In this document: positions 1-15,000 of the stretch, piece after piece | Layout of the letters: each line of letters starts with the position of its first letter | Numbering within the stretch: position 1 is the first letter of the stretch | Assembly (NCBI GenBank): GCA_964016885.1 | Contig: OZ024742.1 | Span: forward strand, 307,582,001-307,646,000 | DNA: 64,000 bases | Source: Eledone cirrhosa | Taxonomy: Eukaryota | Direction of reading: 5' to 3' | Notes under the pieces: model-generated | The model's input: only the letters and a program-made list of their open reading frames with translations | Database searches by the model: none | What the model was told of the DNA's origin: nothing | Position numbers and translations under genes: made by a program

Positions 1-3000
1 AACAACATAGATGTTAGTTTACTACATGAGATAGGGTCACTAGGAGGTAGGGTAGATGTCATGTCAATATATTTCAAACAACATAGATGTTAGTCTACTA
101 CATGAGATAGGGTCACTAGGAGGTAGGGTAGATGTCATGTCAATATATTTCAAACAACATAGATGTTAGTCTACTACATGAGATAGGGTCACTAGGAGGT
201 AGGGTAGATGTCATGTCAATATATTTCAAACAACATAGATGATAGTCTACTACATGAGATAGGGTCACTAGGAGGTAGGGTAGATGTCATGTCAATATAT
301 TTCAAACAACATAGATGTTAGTTTACTACATGAGATAGGGTCACTAGGAGGTAGGGTAGATGTCATGTCAATATCTCTCAAGCAACATAGATGTTAGTTT
401 ACTACATGAGATAGGGTCACTAGGAGGTAGGGTAGATGTCATGTCAATATCTCTCAAGCAACATAGATGTTAGTTTACTACATGAAATAGGCTCACTAGG
501 AGGTAGGGTAGATGTTATGTCTATATATTTGAAACAACATAGATGTTAGTTTACTACATGAGATAGGGTCACTAGGAGGTAGGGTAGAAGTCATGTCAAT
601 ATCTCTCAAGCAACATAGATGTTAGTTTACTACATGAGATAGGGTCACTAGGAGGTAGGGTAGATGTCATGTCAATATCTCTCAAATAACATAGATGTTA
701 GTTTACTACATGAGATAGGGTCACTAGGAGGTAGGGTAGATATCATGTCAATATCTCTCAAACAACATAGATGTTAGATTACTACATGAGATAGGGTCAC
801 TAGGAGGTAGGGTAGATGTCATGTCTATATATTTCAAGCGACATAGATGTTAGTTTACTACATGAGATAGGGTCACTAGGAGGTAGGGTAGATGTCATGT
901 CAATATATTTCAAACAACATAGATGTTAGTTTACTACATGAGATAGGGTCACTAGGAGGTAGGGTAGATGTCATGTCAATATATTTCAAACAACATAGAT
1001 GATAGTTTACTACATGAGATAGGGTCACTAGGAGGTAGGGTAGATGTCATGTCAATATATTTCAAACAACATAGATGTTAGTTTACTACATGAGATAGGG
1101 TCACTAGGAGGTAGGGTATATGTCATGTCAATATATTTCAAACAACATAGATGTTAGTTTACTACATGAGATAGGGTCACTTGGAGGTAGGGTAGATGTC
1201 ATGTTAATATATTTCAAACAACATAGATGTTAGTTTACTACATGAGATAGGGTCACTAGGAGGTAGGGTAGATGTCATGTCGATATATTTCAAACAACAT
1301 AGGTGTTAGTTTACTACATGAGATAGGGTCTCTAGGAGGTAGGGTATATGTCATGTCAATATATTTCAAACAACATAGATGTTAGTTTACTACATGAGAT
1401 AGGGTCACTAGGAGGTAGGGTAGATGTCATGTCAATATATTTCAAACAACATAGATGTTAGTTTACTACATGAGATAGGGTCACTAGGAGGTAGGGTAGA
1501 TGTCATGTCAATATATTTCAAACAACATAGATGTTAGTTTACTACATGAGATAGGGTCACTAGGAGGTAGGGTAGATGTCATGTCAATATATTTCAAACA
1601 ACATAGATGTTAGTTAACTACATGAGATAGGGTCACTAGGAGGTAGGGTAGATGTCGTGTCAATATCTCTCAAGCAACATAGACGTTAGTTTACTACATG
1701 AGATAGGATCACATGGTGGTAGGGTAGATGTCATGTCAATATATTTCAAGCAACATAGATGTTAGTTTACTACATGAGATAGGGTCACTAGGAGGTAGGG
1801 TAGATGTCATGTCTATATATTTCAAACGACATAGATGTTAGTTTACTACATGAGATAGGGTCACTAGGAGGTAGGGTAGATGTCATTTCAATATATTTCA
1901 AGAGACATAGATGTTAGTTTACTACATGAGATAGGGTCACTATGAGGTAGGGTAGATGTCATGTCAATATATTTCAAACAACATAGATGATAGTTTACTA
2001 CATGAGATAGGGTCACTAGGAGGTAGGGAAGATGTCATGTCAATATATTTCAAACAACATAGATGTTAGTTTACTACATGAGATAGGGTCACTAGGAGGT
2101 AGGGTAGATGTCATGTCAATATCTCTCAAGCAACATAGATGTTAGTTTACTGCATGAGATAGGGTTACTAGGAGGTAGGGTAGGTGTCATGTCAATATAT
2201 TTCAAGCAACATAGATGTTAGTTTACTACATGAGATAGGGTCACTAGGAGGTAGGGTAGATGTCATGTCAATATATTTCAAGCAACATAGATGTTAGTTT
2301 ACTACATGAGATAGGGTCACTAGGAGGTAGGGTAGATGTCATGTCAATATATTTCAAACAACATAGATGTTAGATTACTACATGAGATAGGGTCACTAGG
2401 AGGTAGGGTAGATGTCATGTCAATATATTTCAAGCAACATAGATGTTAGTTTACTACATGAGATAGGGTCACTAGGAGGTAGGGTAGATGTCATGTCAAT
2501 ATATTTCAAACAACATAGATGTTAGTTTACTACATGAGATAGGGTCACTAGGAGGTAGGGTAGATGTCATGTCAATATATTTCAAGCAACATAGATGTTA
2601 GTTTACTACATGAGATAGGGTCACTAGGAGGTAGGGTAGATGTCATGTCAATATATTTCAAGCAACATAGATGTTAGTTTACTACATGAGATAGGGTCAC
2701 TAGGAGGTAGGGTAGATGTCATGTCAATATATTTCAAACAACATAGATGTTACTTTACTACATGAGATAGGGTCACTAGGAGGTAGGGTAGAAGTCATGT
2801 CAATATATCTCAAGCAACATAGATGTTAGTTTACTACATGAGATAGGTCACTAGGAGGTAGGCTATATGTCATGTCAATATCACTCAAACAACATAGATG
2901 TTAGTTTACTACATGAGATAGGGTCACTAGGAGGTAGGGTAGATGTCATGTCAATATCTCTTAAACAACATAGATGTTAGTTTACTACATGAGATAGGGT

Positions 3001-6000
3001 CACTAGGAGGTAGGGTAGATATCATGTCAATATCTCTCAAACAACATAGATGTTAGTTTACTACATGAGATAGGGTCACTAGGAGGTAGGGTAGATGTCA
3101 TGTCAATATCTCTCAAGCAACATAGATGTTAGTTTACTACATGAGATAGGGTCACTGGGAGGTAGGGTAGATGTCATGTCAATATCTCTCAAGCAACATA
3201 GATGTTAGTTTACTACATGAGAGAGGGTCACTAGGAGGTAGGGTAGTTGTCATGTCAATATCTCTCAAGCAACATAGATGTTACTTTACTACATGAGATA
3301 GGGTCACTAGGAGGAGGGTAGATGTCATGTCAATATCTCTCAAGCAACATAGATGTTAGTTTACTGCATCAGATAGGGTCACTAGGATGTAGGGTAGATG
3401 TCATGTCAATATATTTCAAACAACATAGATGTTAGTTTACTACATGAGATAGGGTCACTAGCAGGTAGGGTAGATGTCATGTCAATATATTTCAAACAAC
3501 ATAGATGTTAGTTTACTGCATGGGATAGGGTCACTAGGAGGTAGGGTACATGTCATGTCTATATATTTCAAACAACATAGATGTTAGTTTACTACATGAG
3601 ATAGGGTCACTGGGAGGTAGGGTAGATGTCATGTCAATATATTTCAAACAACATAGATGTTAGTTTACTACATGAGATAGGTCACTAGGAGGTAGGGTAG
3701 ATGTCATGTCAATATCACTCAAACAACATAGATGTTAGTTTACTACATGAGATAGGGTCACTAGGAGGTAGGGTAGATGTCATGTCAATATCTCTTAAAT
3801 AACATAGATGTTAGATTACTACATGAGATAGGGTCACTAGGAGGTAGGGTAGATGTCATGTCAATATCTCTCAAACAACATAGATGTTAGTTTACTACAT
3901 GAGATAGGGTCACTAGGAGGTAGGGTAGATATCATGTCAATATCTCTCAAACAACATAGATGTTAGTTTACTACATGAGATAGGGTCACTAGGAGGTAGG
4001 GTAGATGTCATGTCAATATCTCTCAAGCAACATAGATGTTAGTTTACTACATGAGATAGGGTCACTGGGAGGTAGGGTAGATGTCATGTCAATATCTCTC
4101 AAGCAACATAGATGTTAGTTTACTACATGAGATAGGGTCACATGGTGGTAGGGTAGATGTCATGTCAATATATTTCAAGCAACATAGATGTTAGTTTACT
4201 ACATGAGATAGGGTCACTAGGAGGTAGGGTAGATGTCATGTCAATATATTTCAAGAAACATAGATGTTAGTTTACTACATGAGATAGGGTCACTAGGAGG
4301 TGGGGTAGATGTCATGTCTATATATTTCAAACGACATAGATGTTAGTTTACTACATGAGATAGGGTCACTAGGAGGTAGGGTAGATGTCATTTCAATATA
4401 TTTTAAGCGACATAGATGTTAGTTTACTACAGGAGATAGGGTCAGTATGAGGTAGGGTAGATGTCATGTCAATATATTTCAAACAACATAGATGATAGTT
4501 TACTACATGAGATAGGGTCACTAGGATGTAGGGAAGATGTCATGTCAATATATTTCAAACAACATAGATGTTAGTTTACTACATGAGATAGGGTCACTAG
4601 CAGGTAGGGTAGATGTCATGTCAATATATTTCAAACAACATAGATGTTAGTTTACTGCATGGGATAGGGTCACTAGGAGGTAGGGTACATGTCATGTCTA
4701 TATATTTCAAACAACATAGATGTTAGTTTACTACATGAGATAGGGTCACTGGGAGGTAGGGTAGATGTCATGTCAATATATTTCAAACAACATAGATGTT
4801 AGTTTACTACATGAGATAGGTCACTAGGAGGTAGGGTAGATGTCATGTCAATATCACTCAAACAACATAGATGTTAGTTTACTACATGAGATAGGGTCAC
4901 TAGGAGGTAGGGTAGATGTCATGTCAATATCTCTTAAACAACATAGATGTTAGATTACTACATGAGATAGGGTCACTAGGAGGTAGGGTAGATGTCATGT
5001 CAATATCTCTCAAACAACATAGATGTTAGTTTACTACATGAGATAGGGTCACTAGGAGGTAGGGTAGATATCATGTCAATATCTCTCAAACAACATATAT
5101 GTTAGTTTACTACATGAGATAGGGTCACTAGGAGGTAGGGTAGATGTCATGTCAATATCTCTCAAGCAACATAGATGTTAGTTTACTACATGAGATAGGG
5201 TCACTGGGAGGTAGGGTAGATGTCATGTCAATATCTCTCAAGCAACATAGATGTTAGTTTACTACATGAGATAGGGTCACTAGGAGGTAGGGTAGATGTC
5301 ATGTCAATATCTCTCAAGCAACATAGATGTTAGTTTACTACATGAGATAGGGTCACATGGAGGTTGGGTAGATGTCATGTCAATATATTTCAAACAACAT
5401 AGATGTTAGTTTACTACATGAGATAGGGTCACTAGGAGGTAGGGTAGATGTCATGTCAATATATTTCAAGAAACATAGATGTTAGTTTACTACATGAGAT
5501 AGGGTCACTACGAGGTAGGGTAGATGTCATGTCAATATCTCTCAAGCAACATAGATGTTAGTTTACTACATGAGATAGGGTCACTGGGAGGTAGGGTAGA
5601 TGTCATGTCAATATATTTCAAGAAACATAGATGTTAGTTTACTACATGAGATAGGGTCACTAGGAGGTAGGGTAGATGTCATGTCAATATATTTCAAACA
5701 ACATAGATGTTAGTCTACTACATGAGATAGGGTCACTAGGAGGTAGGGTAGATGTCATGTCAATATATTTCAAACAACATAGATGTTAGTCTACTACATG
5801 AGATAGGGTCACTAGGAGGTAGGGTAGATGTCATGTCAATATATTTCAAACAACATAGATGTTAGTCTACTACATGAGATAGGGTCACTAGGAGGTAGGG
5901 TAGATGTCATGTCAATATATTTCAAACAACATAGATGTTAGTCTACTACATGAGATAGGGTCACTAGGAGGTAGGGTAGATGTCATGTCAATATATTTCA

Positions 6001-9000
6001 AACAACATAGATGTTAGTTTACTGCATGAGATAGGGTCACTAGGAGGTAGGGTAGATGTCATGTCTATATATTTGAAACAACATAGATGTTAGTTTACTA
6101 CATGAGATAGGGTCACTAGGAGGTAGGGTAGAAGTCATGTCAATATCTCTCAAGCAACATAGATGTTAGTTTACTACATGAGATAGGGTCACTAGGAGGT
6201 AGGGTAGATGTCATGTCAATATATTTCAAACAACATAGATGTTAGTTTACTACATGAGATAGGGTCACTAGGAGGTAGGGTAGATGTCATGTCAATATCT
6301 CTCAAACAACATAGATGTTAGATTACTACATGAGATAGGGTCACTAGGAGGTAGGGTAGATGTCATGTCTATATATTTCAAGCGACATAGATGTTAGTTT
6401 ACTACATGAGATAGGGTCACTAGGAGGTAGGGTAGATGTCATGTCAATATCTCTCAAATAACATAGATGTTAGTTTACTACATGAGATAGGGTCACTAGG
6501 AGGTAGGGTAGAAGTCATGTCAATATCTCTCAAGCAACATAGATGTTAGTTTACTACATGAGATAGGGTCACTAGGAGGTAGGGTAGATGTCATGTCAAT
6601 ATCTCTCAAATAACATAGATGTTAGTTTACTACATGAGATAGGGTCACTAGGAGGTAGGGTAGATATCATGTCAATATCTCTCAAACAACATAGATGTTA
6701 GATTACTACATGAGATAGGGTCACTAGGAGGTAGGGTAGATGTCATGTCTATATATTTCAAGCGACATAGATGTTAGTTTACTACATGAGATAGGGTCAC
6801 TAGGAGGTAGGGTAGATGTCATGTCAATATATTTCAAACAACATAGATGTTAGTTTACTACATGAGATAGGGTCACTAGGAGGTAGGGTAGATGTCATGT
6901 CAATATATTTCAAACAACATAGATGATAGTTTACTACATGAGATAGGGTCACTAGGAGGTAGGGTAGATGTCATGTCAATATATTTCAAACAACATAGAT
7001 GTTAGTTTACTACATGAGATAGGGTCACTAGGAGGTAGGGTATATGTCATGTCAATATATTTCAAACAACATAGATGTTAGTTTACTACATGAGATAGGG
7101 TCACTAGGAGGTAGGGTAGAAGTCATGTCAATATCTCTCAAGCAACATAGATGTTAGTCTACTACATGAGATAGGGTCACTAGGAGGTAGGGTAGATGTC
7201 ATGTCAATATATTTCAAACAACATAGATGTTAGTTTACTACATGAGATAGGGTCACTAGGAGGTAGGGTAGATGTCATGTCAATATCTCTCAAACAACAT
7301 AGATGTTAGATTACTACATGAGATAGGGTCACTAGGAGGTAGGGTAGATGTCATGTCTATATATTTCAAGCGACATAGATGTTAGTTTACTACATGAGAT
7401 AGGGTCACTAGGAGGTAGGGTAGATGTCATGTCAATATCTCTCAAATAACATAGATGTTAGTTTACTACATGAGATAGGGTCACTAGGAGGTAGGGTAGA
7501 AGTCATGTCAATATCTCTCAAGCAACATAGATGTTAGTTTACTACATGAGATAGGGTCACTAGGAGGTAGGGTAGATGTCATGTCAATATCTCTCAAATA
7601 ACATAGATGTTAGTTTACTACATGAGATAGGGTCACTAGGAGGTAGGGTAGATATCATGTCAATATCTCTCAAACAACATAGATGTTAGATTACTACATG
7701 AGATAGGGTCACTAGGAGGTAGGGTAGATGTCATGTCTATATATTTCAAGCGACATAGATGTTAGTTTACTACATGAGATAGGGTCACTAGGAGGTAGGG
7801 TAGATGTCATGTCAATATATTTCAAACAACATAGATGTTAGTTTACTACATGAGATAGGGTCACTAGGAGGTAGGGTAGATGTCATGTCAATATATTTCA
7901 AACAACATAGATGATAGTTTACTACATGAGATAGGGTCACTAGGAGGTAGGGTAGATGTCATGTCAATATATTTCAAACAACATAGATGTTAGTTTACTA
8001 CATGAGATAGGGTCACTAGGAGGTAGGGTATATGTCATGTCAATATATTTCAAACAACATAGATGTTAGTTTACTACATGAGATAGGGTCACTTGGAGGT
8101 AGGGTAGATGTCATGTTAATATATTTCAAACAACATAGATGTTAGTTTACTACATGAGATAGGGTCACTAGGAGGTAGGGTAGATGTCATGTCGATATAT
8201 TTCAAACAACATAGGTGTTAGTTTACTACATGAGATAGGGTCTCTAGGAGGTAGGGTATATGTCATGTCAATATATTTCAAACAACATAGATGTTAGTTT
8301 ACTACATGAGATAGGGTCACTAGGAGGTAGGGTAGATGTCATGTCAATATATTTCAAACAACATAGATGTTAGTTTACTACATGAGATAGGGTCACTAGG
8401 AGGTAGGGTAGATGTCATGTCAATATATTTCAAACAACATAGATGTTAGTTTACTACATGAGATAGGGTCACTAGGAGGTAGGGTAGATGTCATGTCAAT
8501 ATATTTCAAACAACATAGATGTTAGTTAACTACATGAGATAGGGTCACTAGGAGGTAGGGTAGATGTCGTGTCAATATCTCTCAAGCAACATAGACGTTA
8601 GTTTACTACATGAGATAGGATCACATGGTGGTAGGGTAGATGTCATGTCAATATATTTCAAGCAACATAGATGTTAGTTTACTACATGAGATAGGGTCAC
8701 TAGGAGGTAGGGTAGATGTCATGTCTATATATTTCAAACGACATAGATGTTAGTTTACTACAGGAGATAGGGTCACTAGGAGGTAGGGTAGATGTCATTT
8801 CAATATATTTCAAGCGACATAGATGTTAGTTTACTACATGAGATAGGGTCACTATGAGGTAGGGTAGATGTCATGTCAATATATTTCAAACAACATAGAT
8901 GATAGTTTACTACATGAGATAGGCTCACTAGGAGGTAGGGAAGATGTCATGTCAATATATTTCAAACAACATAGATGTTAGTTTACTACATGAGATAGGG

Positions 9001-12000
9001 TCACTAGGAGGTAGAGTAGATGTCATGTCAATATATTTCAAACAACATAGATGTTAGTTTACTACAGGAGATAGGGTCACTAGGAGGTGGGGTAGATGTC
9101 ATGTCTATATATTTCAAGCGACATAGATGTTAGTTTACTACATGAGATAGGGTCACTAGGAGGTAGGGTAGATGTCATGTCAATATCTCTCAAGCAACAT
9201 AGATGTTAGTTTACTGCATGAGATAGGGTTACTAGGAGGTAGGGTAGATGTCATGTCAATATATTTCAAGCAACATAGATGTTAGTTTACTACATGAGAT
9301 AGGGTCACTAGGAGGTAGGGTAGATGTCATGTCAATATATTTCAAGCAACATAGATGTTAGTTTACTACATGAGATAGGGTCACTAGGAGGTAGGGTAGA
9401 TGTCATGTCAATATATTTCAAACAACATAGATGTTAGATTACTACATGAGATAGGGTCACTAGGAGGTAGGGTAGATGTCATGTCAATATATTTCAAGCA
9501 ACATAGATGTTAGTTTACTACATGAGATAGGGTCACTAGGAGGTAGGGTAGATGTCATGTCAATATATTTCAAACAACATAGATGTTAGTTTACTACATG
9601 AGATAGGGTCACTAGGAGGTAGGGTAGATGTCATGTCAATATATTTCAAGCAACATAGATGTTAGTTTACTACATGAGATAGGGTCACTAGGAGGTAGGG
9701 TAGATGTCATGTCAATATATTTCAAGCAACATAGATGTTAGTTTACTACATGAGATAGGGTCACTAGGAGGTAGGGTAGATGTCATGTCAATATATTTCA
9801 AACAACATAGATGTTACTTTACTACATGAGATAGGGTCACTAGGATGTAGGGTAGAAGTCATGTCAATATATCTCAAGCAACATAGATGTTAGTTTACTA
9901 CATGAGATAGGTCACTAGGAGGTAGGCTATATGTCATGTCAATATCACTCAAACAACATAGATCTTAGTTTACTACATGAGATAGGGTCACTAGGAGGTA
10001 GGGTAGATGTCATGTCAATATCTCTTAAACAACATAGATGTTAGTTTACTACATGAGATAGGGTCACTAGGAGGTAGGGTAGATATCATGTCAATATCTC
10101 TCAAACAACATAGATGTTAGTTTACTACATGAGATAGGGTCACTAGGAGGTAGGGTAGATGTCATGTCAATATCTCTCAAGCAACATAGATGTTAGTTTA
10201 CTACATGAGATAGGGTCACTGGGAGGTAGGGTAGATGTCATGTCAATATCTCTCAAGCAACATAGATGTTAGTTTACTACATGAGAGAGGGTCACTAGGA
10301 GGTAGGGTAGTTGTCATGTCAATATCTCTCAAGCAACATAGATGTTACTTTACTACATGAGATAGGGTCACTAGGAGGAGGGTAGATGTCATGTCAATAT
10401 CTCTCAAGCAACATAGATGTTAGTTTACTGCATCAGATAGGGTCACTAGGATGTAGGGTAGATGTCATGTCAATATATTTCAAACAACATAGATGTTAGT
10501 TTACTACATGAGATAGGGTCACTAGCAGGTAGGGTAGATGTCATGTCAATATATTTCAAACAACATAGATGTTAGTTTACTGCATGGGATAGGGTCACTA
10601 GGAGGTAGGGTACATGTCATGTCTATATATTTCAAACAACATAGATGTTAGTTTACTACATGAGATAGGGTCACTGGGAGGTAGGGTAGATTTCATGTCA
10701 ATATATTTCAAACAACATAGATGTTAGTTTACTACATGAGATAGGTCACTAGGAGGTAGGGTAGATGTCATGTCAATATCACTCAAACAACATAGATGTT
10801 AGTTTACTACATGAGATAGGGTCACTAGGAGGTAGGGTAGATATCATGTCAATATCTCTCAAACAACATAGTTGTTAGTTTACTACATGAGATAGGGTCA
10901 CTAGGAGGTAGGGTAGATATCATGTCAATATCTCTCAAACAACATAGTTGTTAGTTTACTACATGAGATAGTGTCACTAGGAGGTAGGGTAGATGTCATG
11001 TCAATATCTCACAAGCAACATAGATGTTAGTTTACTACATGAGATAGGGTCACTGGGAGGTAGGGTAGATGTCATGTCAATATCTCTCAAGCAACATAGA
11101 TGTTAGTTTACTACATGAGAAAGGGTCACTAGGAGGTAGGGTAGATGTCATGTCAATATCTCTCAAGCAACATAGATGTTAGTTTACTACATGAGATAGG
11201 GTCACATGGAGGTAGGGTAGATGTCATGTCAATATATTTCAAACAACATAGATGTTAGTTTACTACATGAGATAGGGTCACTAGGAGGTAGGGTAGATGT
11301 CATGTCAATATATTTCAAGAAACATAGATGTTAGTTTACTACATGAGATAGGGTCACTACGAGGTAGGGTAGATGTCATGTCAATATCTCTCAAGCAACA
11401 TAGATGTTAGTTTACTACATGAGATAGGGTCACTAGGAGGTAGGGTAGATGTCATGTCAATATATTTCAAGAAACATAGATGTTAGTTTACTACATGAGA
11501 TAGGGTCACTAGGAGGTAGGGTAGATGTCATGTCAATATATTTCAAACAACATAGATGTTAGTCTACTACATGAGATAGGGTCACTAGGAGGTAGGGTAG
11601 ATGTCATGTCAATATATTTCAAACAACATAGATGTTAGTCTACTACATGAGATAGGGTCACTAGGAGGTAGGGTAGATGTCATGTCAATATATTTCAAAC
11701 AACATAGATGTTAGTCTACTACATGAGATAGGGTCACTAGGAGGTAGGGTAGATGTCATGTCAATATATTTCAAACAACATAGATGTTAGTCTACTACAT
11801 GAGATAGGGTCACTAGGAGGTAGGGTAGATGTCATGTCAATATATTTCAAACAACATAGATGTTAGTTTAATGCATGAGATAGGGTCACTAGGAGGTAGG
11901 GTAGATGTCATGTCTATATATTTGAAACAACATAGATGTTAGTTTACTACATGAGATAGGGTCACTAGGAGGTAGGGTAGAAGTCATGTCAATATCTCTC

Positions 12001-15000
12001 AAGCAACATAGATGTTAGTTTACTACATGAGATAGGGTCACTAGGAGGTAGGGTAGATGTCATGTCAATATATTTCAAACAACATAGATGTTAGTTTACT
12101 ACATGAGATAGGGTCACTAGGAGGTAGGGTAGATGTCATGTCAATATCTCTCAAACAACATAGATGTTAGATTACTACATGAGATAGGGTCACTAGGAGG
12201 TAGGGTAGATGTCATGTCTATATATTTCAAGCGACATAGATGTTAGTTTACTACATGAGATAGGGTCACTAGGAGGTAGGGTAGATGTAATGTCAATATA
12301 TTTCAAACAACATAGATGTTAGTTTACTACATGAGATAGGGTCACTAGGAGGTAGGGTAGATGTCATGTCAATATATTTCAAACAACATAGATGATAGTT
12401 TACTACATGAGATAGGGTCACTAGGAGGTAGGGTAGATGTCATGTCAATATATTTCAAACAACATAGATGTTAGTTTACTACATAAGATAGGGTCACTAG
12501 GAGGTAGGGTAGATGTCGTGTCAATATCTCTCAAGCAACATAGACGTTAGTTTACTACATGAGATAGGGTCACATGGTGGTAGGGTAGATGTCATGTCAA
12601 TATATTTCAAGCAACATAGATGTTAGTTTACTACATGAGATAGGGTCACTAGGAGGTAGGGTAGATGTCATGTCAATATATTTCAAGAAACATAGATGTT
12701 AGTTTACTACATGAGATAGGGTCACTAGGAGGTAGGGTAGATGTCATGTCTATATATTTCAAACGACATAGATGTTAGTTTACTACATGAGATAGGGTCA
12801 CTAGGAGGTAGGGTAGATGTCATTTCAATATATTTTAAGCGACATAGATGTTAGTTTACTACAGGAGATAGGGTCAGTATGAGGTAGGGTAGATGTCATG
12901 TCAATATATTTCAAACAACATAGATGATAGTTTACTACATGAGATAGGGTCACTAGGATGTAGGGAAGATGTCATGTCAATATATTTCAAACAACATAGA
13001 TGTTAGTTTACTACATGAGATAGGGTCACTAGGAGGTAGGGTAGATGTCATGTCAATATATTTCAAACAACATAGATGTTAGTTTACTACATGAGATAGG
13101 GTCACTAGGAGGTAGGGTAGATGTCATGTCAATATATTTCAAGCGACATAGATGTTAGTTTACTACATGAGATAGGGTCACTAGGAGGTAGGGTAGATGT
13201 CATGTCAATATATTTCAAACAACATAGATGTTAGTTTACTGCATGGGATAGGGTCACTAGGAGGTAGGGTACATGTCATGTCTATATATTTCAAACAACA
13301 TAGATGTTAGTTTACTACATGAGATAGGGTCACTAGGAGGTAGGGTAGATGTCATGTCAATATATTTCAAGAAACATAGATGTTAGTTTACTACATGAGA
13401 TAGGGTCACTAGGAGGTAGGGTAGATATCATGTCAATATCTCTCAAACAACATAGATGTTAGTTTACTACATGAGATAGGGTCACTAGGAGGTAGGGTAG
13501 ATGTCATGTCAATATCTCTCAAGCAACATAGATGTTAGTTTACTACATGAGATAGGGTCACTGGGAGGTAGGGTAGATGTCATGTCAATATCTCTCAAGC
13601 AACATAGATGTTAGTTTACTACATGAGATAGGGTCACTAGGAGGTAGGGTAGATGTCATGTCAATATCTCCCAAGCAACATAGATGTTAGTTTACTACAT
13701 GAGATAGGGTCACATGGAGGTAGGGTAGATGTCATGTCAATATATTTCAAACAACATAGATGTTAGTTTACTACATGAGATAGGGTCACTAGGAGGTAGG
13801 GTAGATGTCATGTCAATATATTTCAAGAAACATAGATGTTAGTTTACTACATGAGATAGGGTCACTACGAGGTAGGGTAGATGTCATGTCAATATCTCTC
13901 AAGCAACATAGATGTTAGTTTACTACATGAGATAGGGTCACTAGGAGGTAGGGTAGATGTCATGTCAATATATTTCAAGAAATATAGATGTTAGTTTACT
14001 ACATGAGATAGGGTCACTAGGAGGTAGGGTAGATGTCATGTCAATATATTTCAAACAACATAGATGTTAGTCTACTACATGAGATAGGGTCACTAGGAGG
14101 TAGGGTAGATGTCATGTCAATATATTTCAAACAACATAGATGTTAGTCTACTACATGAGATAGGGTCACTAGGAGGTAGGGTAGATGTCATGTCAATATA
14201 TTTCAAACAACATAGATGTTAGTTTACTACATGAGATAGGGTCACTAGGAAGTAGGGTAGATGTCATGTCAATATATTTCAAACAACATAGATGTTAGTT
14301 TACTACATGAGATAGGGTCACTAGGAGGTAGGGTAGATGTCATGTCAATATATTTCAAACAACATAGATGTTAGTCTACTACATGAGATAGGGTCACTAG
14401 GAGGTAGGGTAGATGTCATGTCAATATATTTCAAACAACATAGATGTTAGTTTACTGCATGAGATAGGGTCACTAGGAGGTAGGGTAGATGTCATGTCTA
14501 TATATTTGAAACAACATAGATGTTAGTTTACTACATGAGATAGGGTCACTAGGAGGTAGGGTAGAAGTCATGTCAATATCTCTCAAGCAACATAGATGTT
14601 AGTTTACTACATGAGATAGGGTCACTAGGAGGTAGGGTAGATGTCATGTCAATATATTTCAAACAACATAGATGTTAGTTTACTACATGAGATAGGGTCA
14701 CTAGGAGGTAGGGTAGATGTCATGTCAATATCTCTCAAACAACATAGATGTTAGATTACTACATGAGATAGGGTCACTAGGAGGTAGGGTAGATGTCATG
14801 TCTATATATTTCAAGCGACATAGATGTTAGTTTACTACATGAGATAGGGTCACTAGGAGGTAGGGTAGATGTAATGTCAATATATTTCAAACAACATAGA
14901 TGTTAGTTTACTACATGAGATAGGGTCACTAGGAGGTAGGGTAGATGTCATGTCAATATATTTCAAACAACATAGATGATAGTTTACTACATGAGATAGG

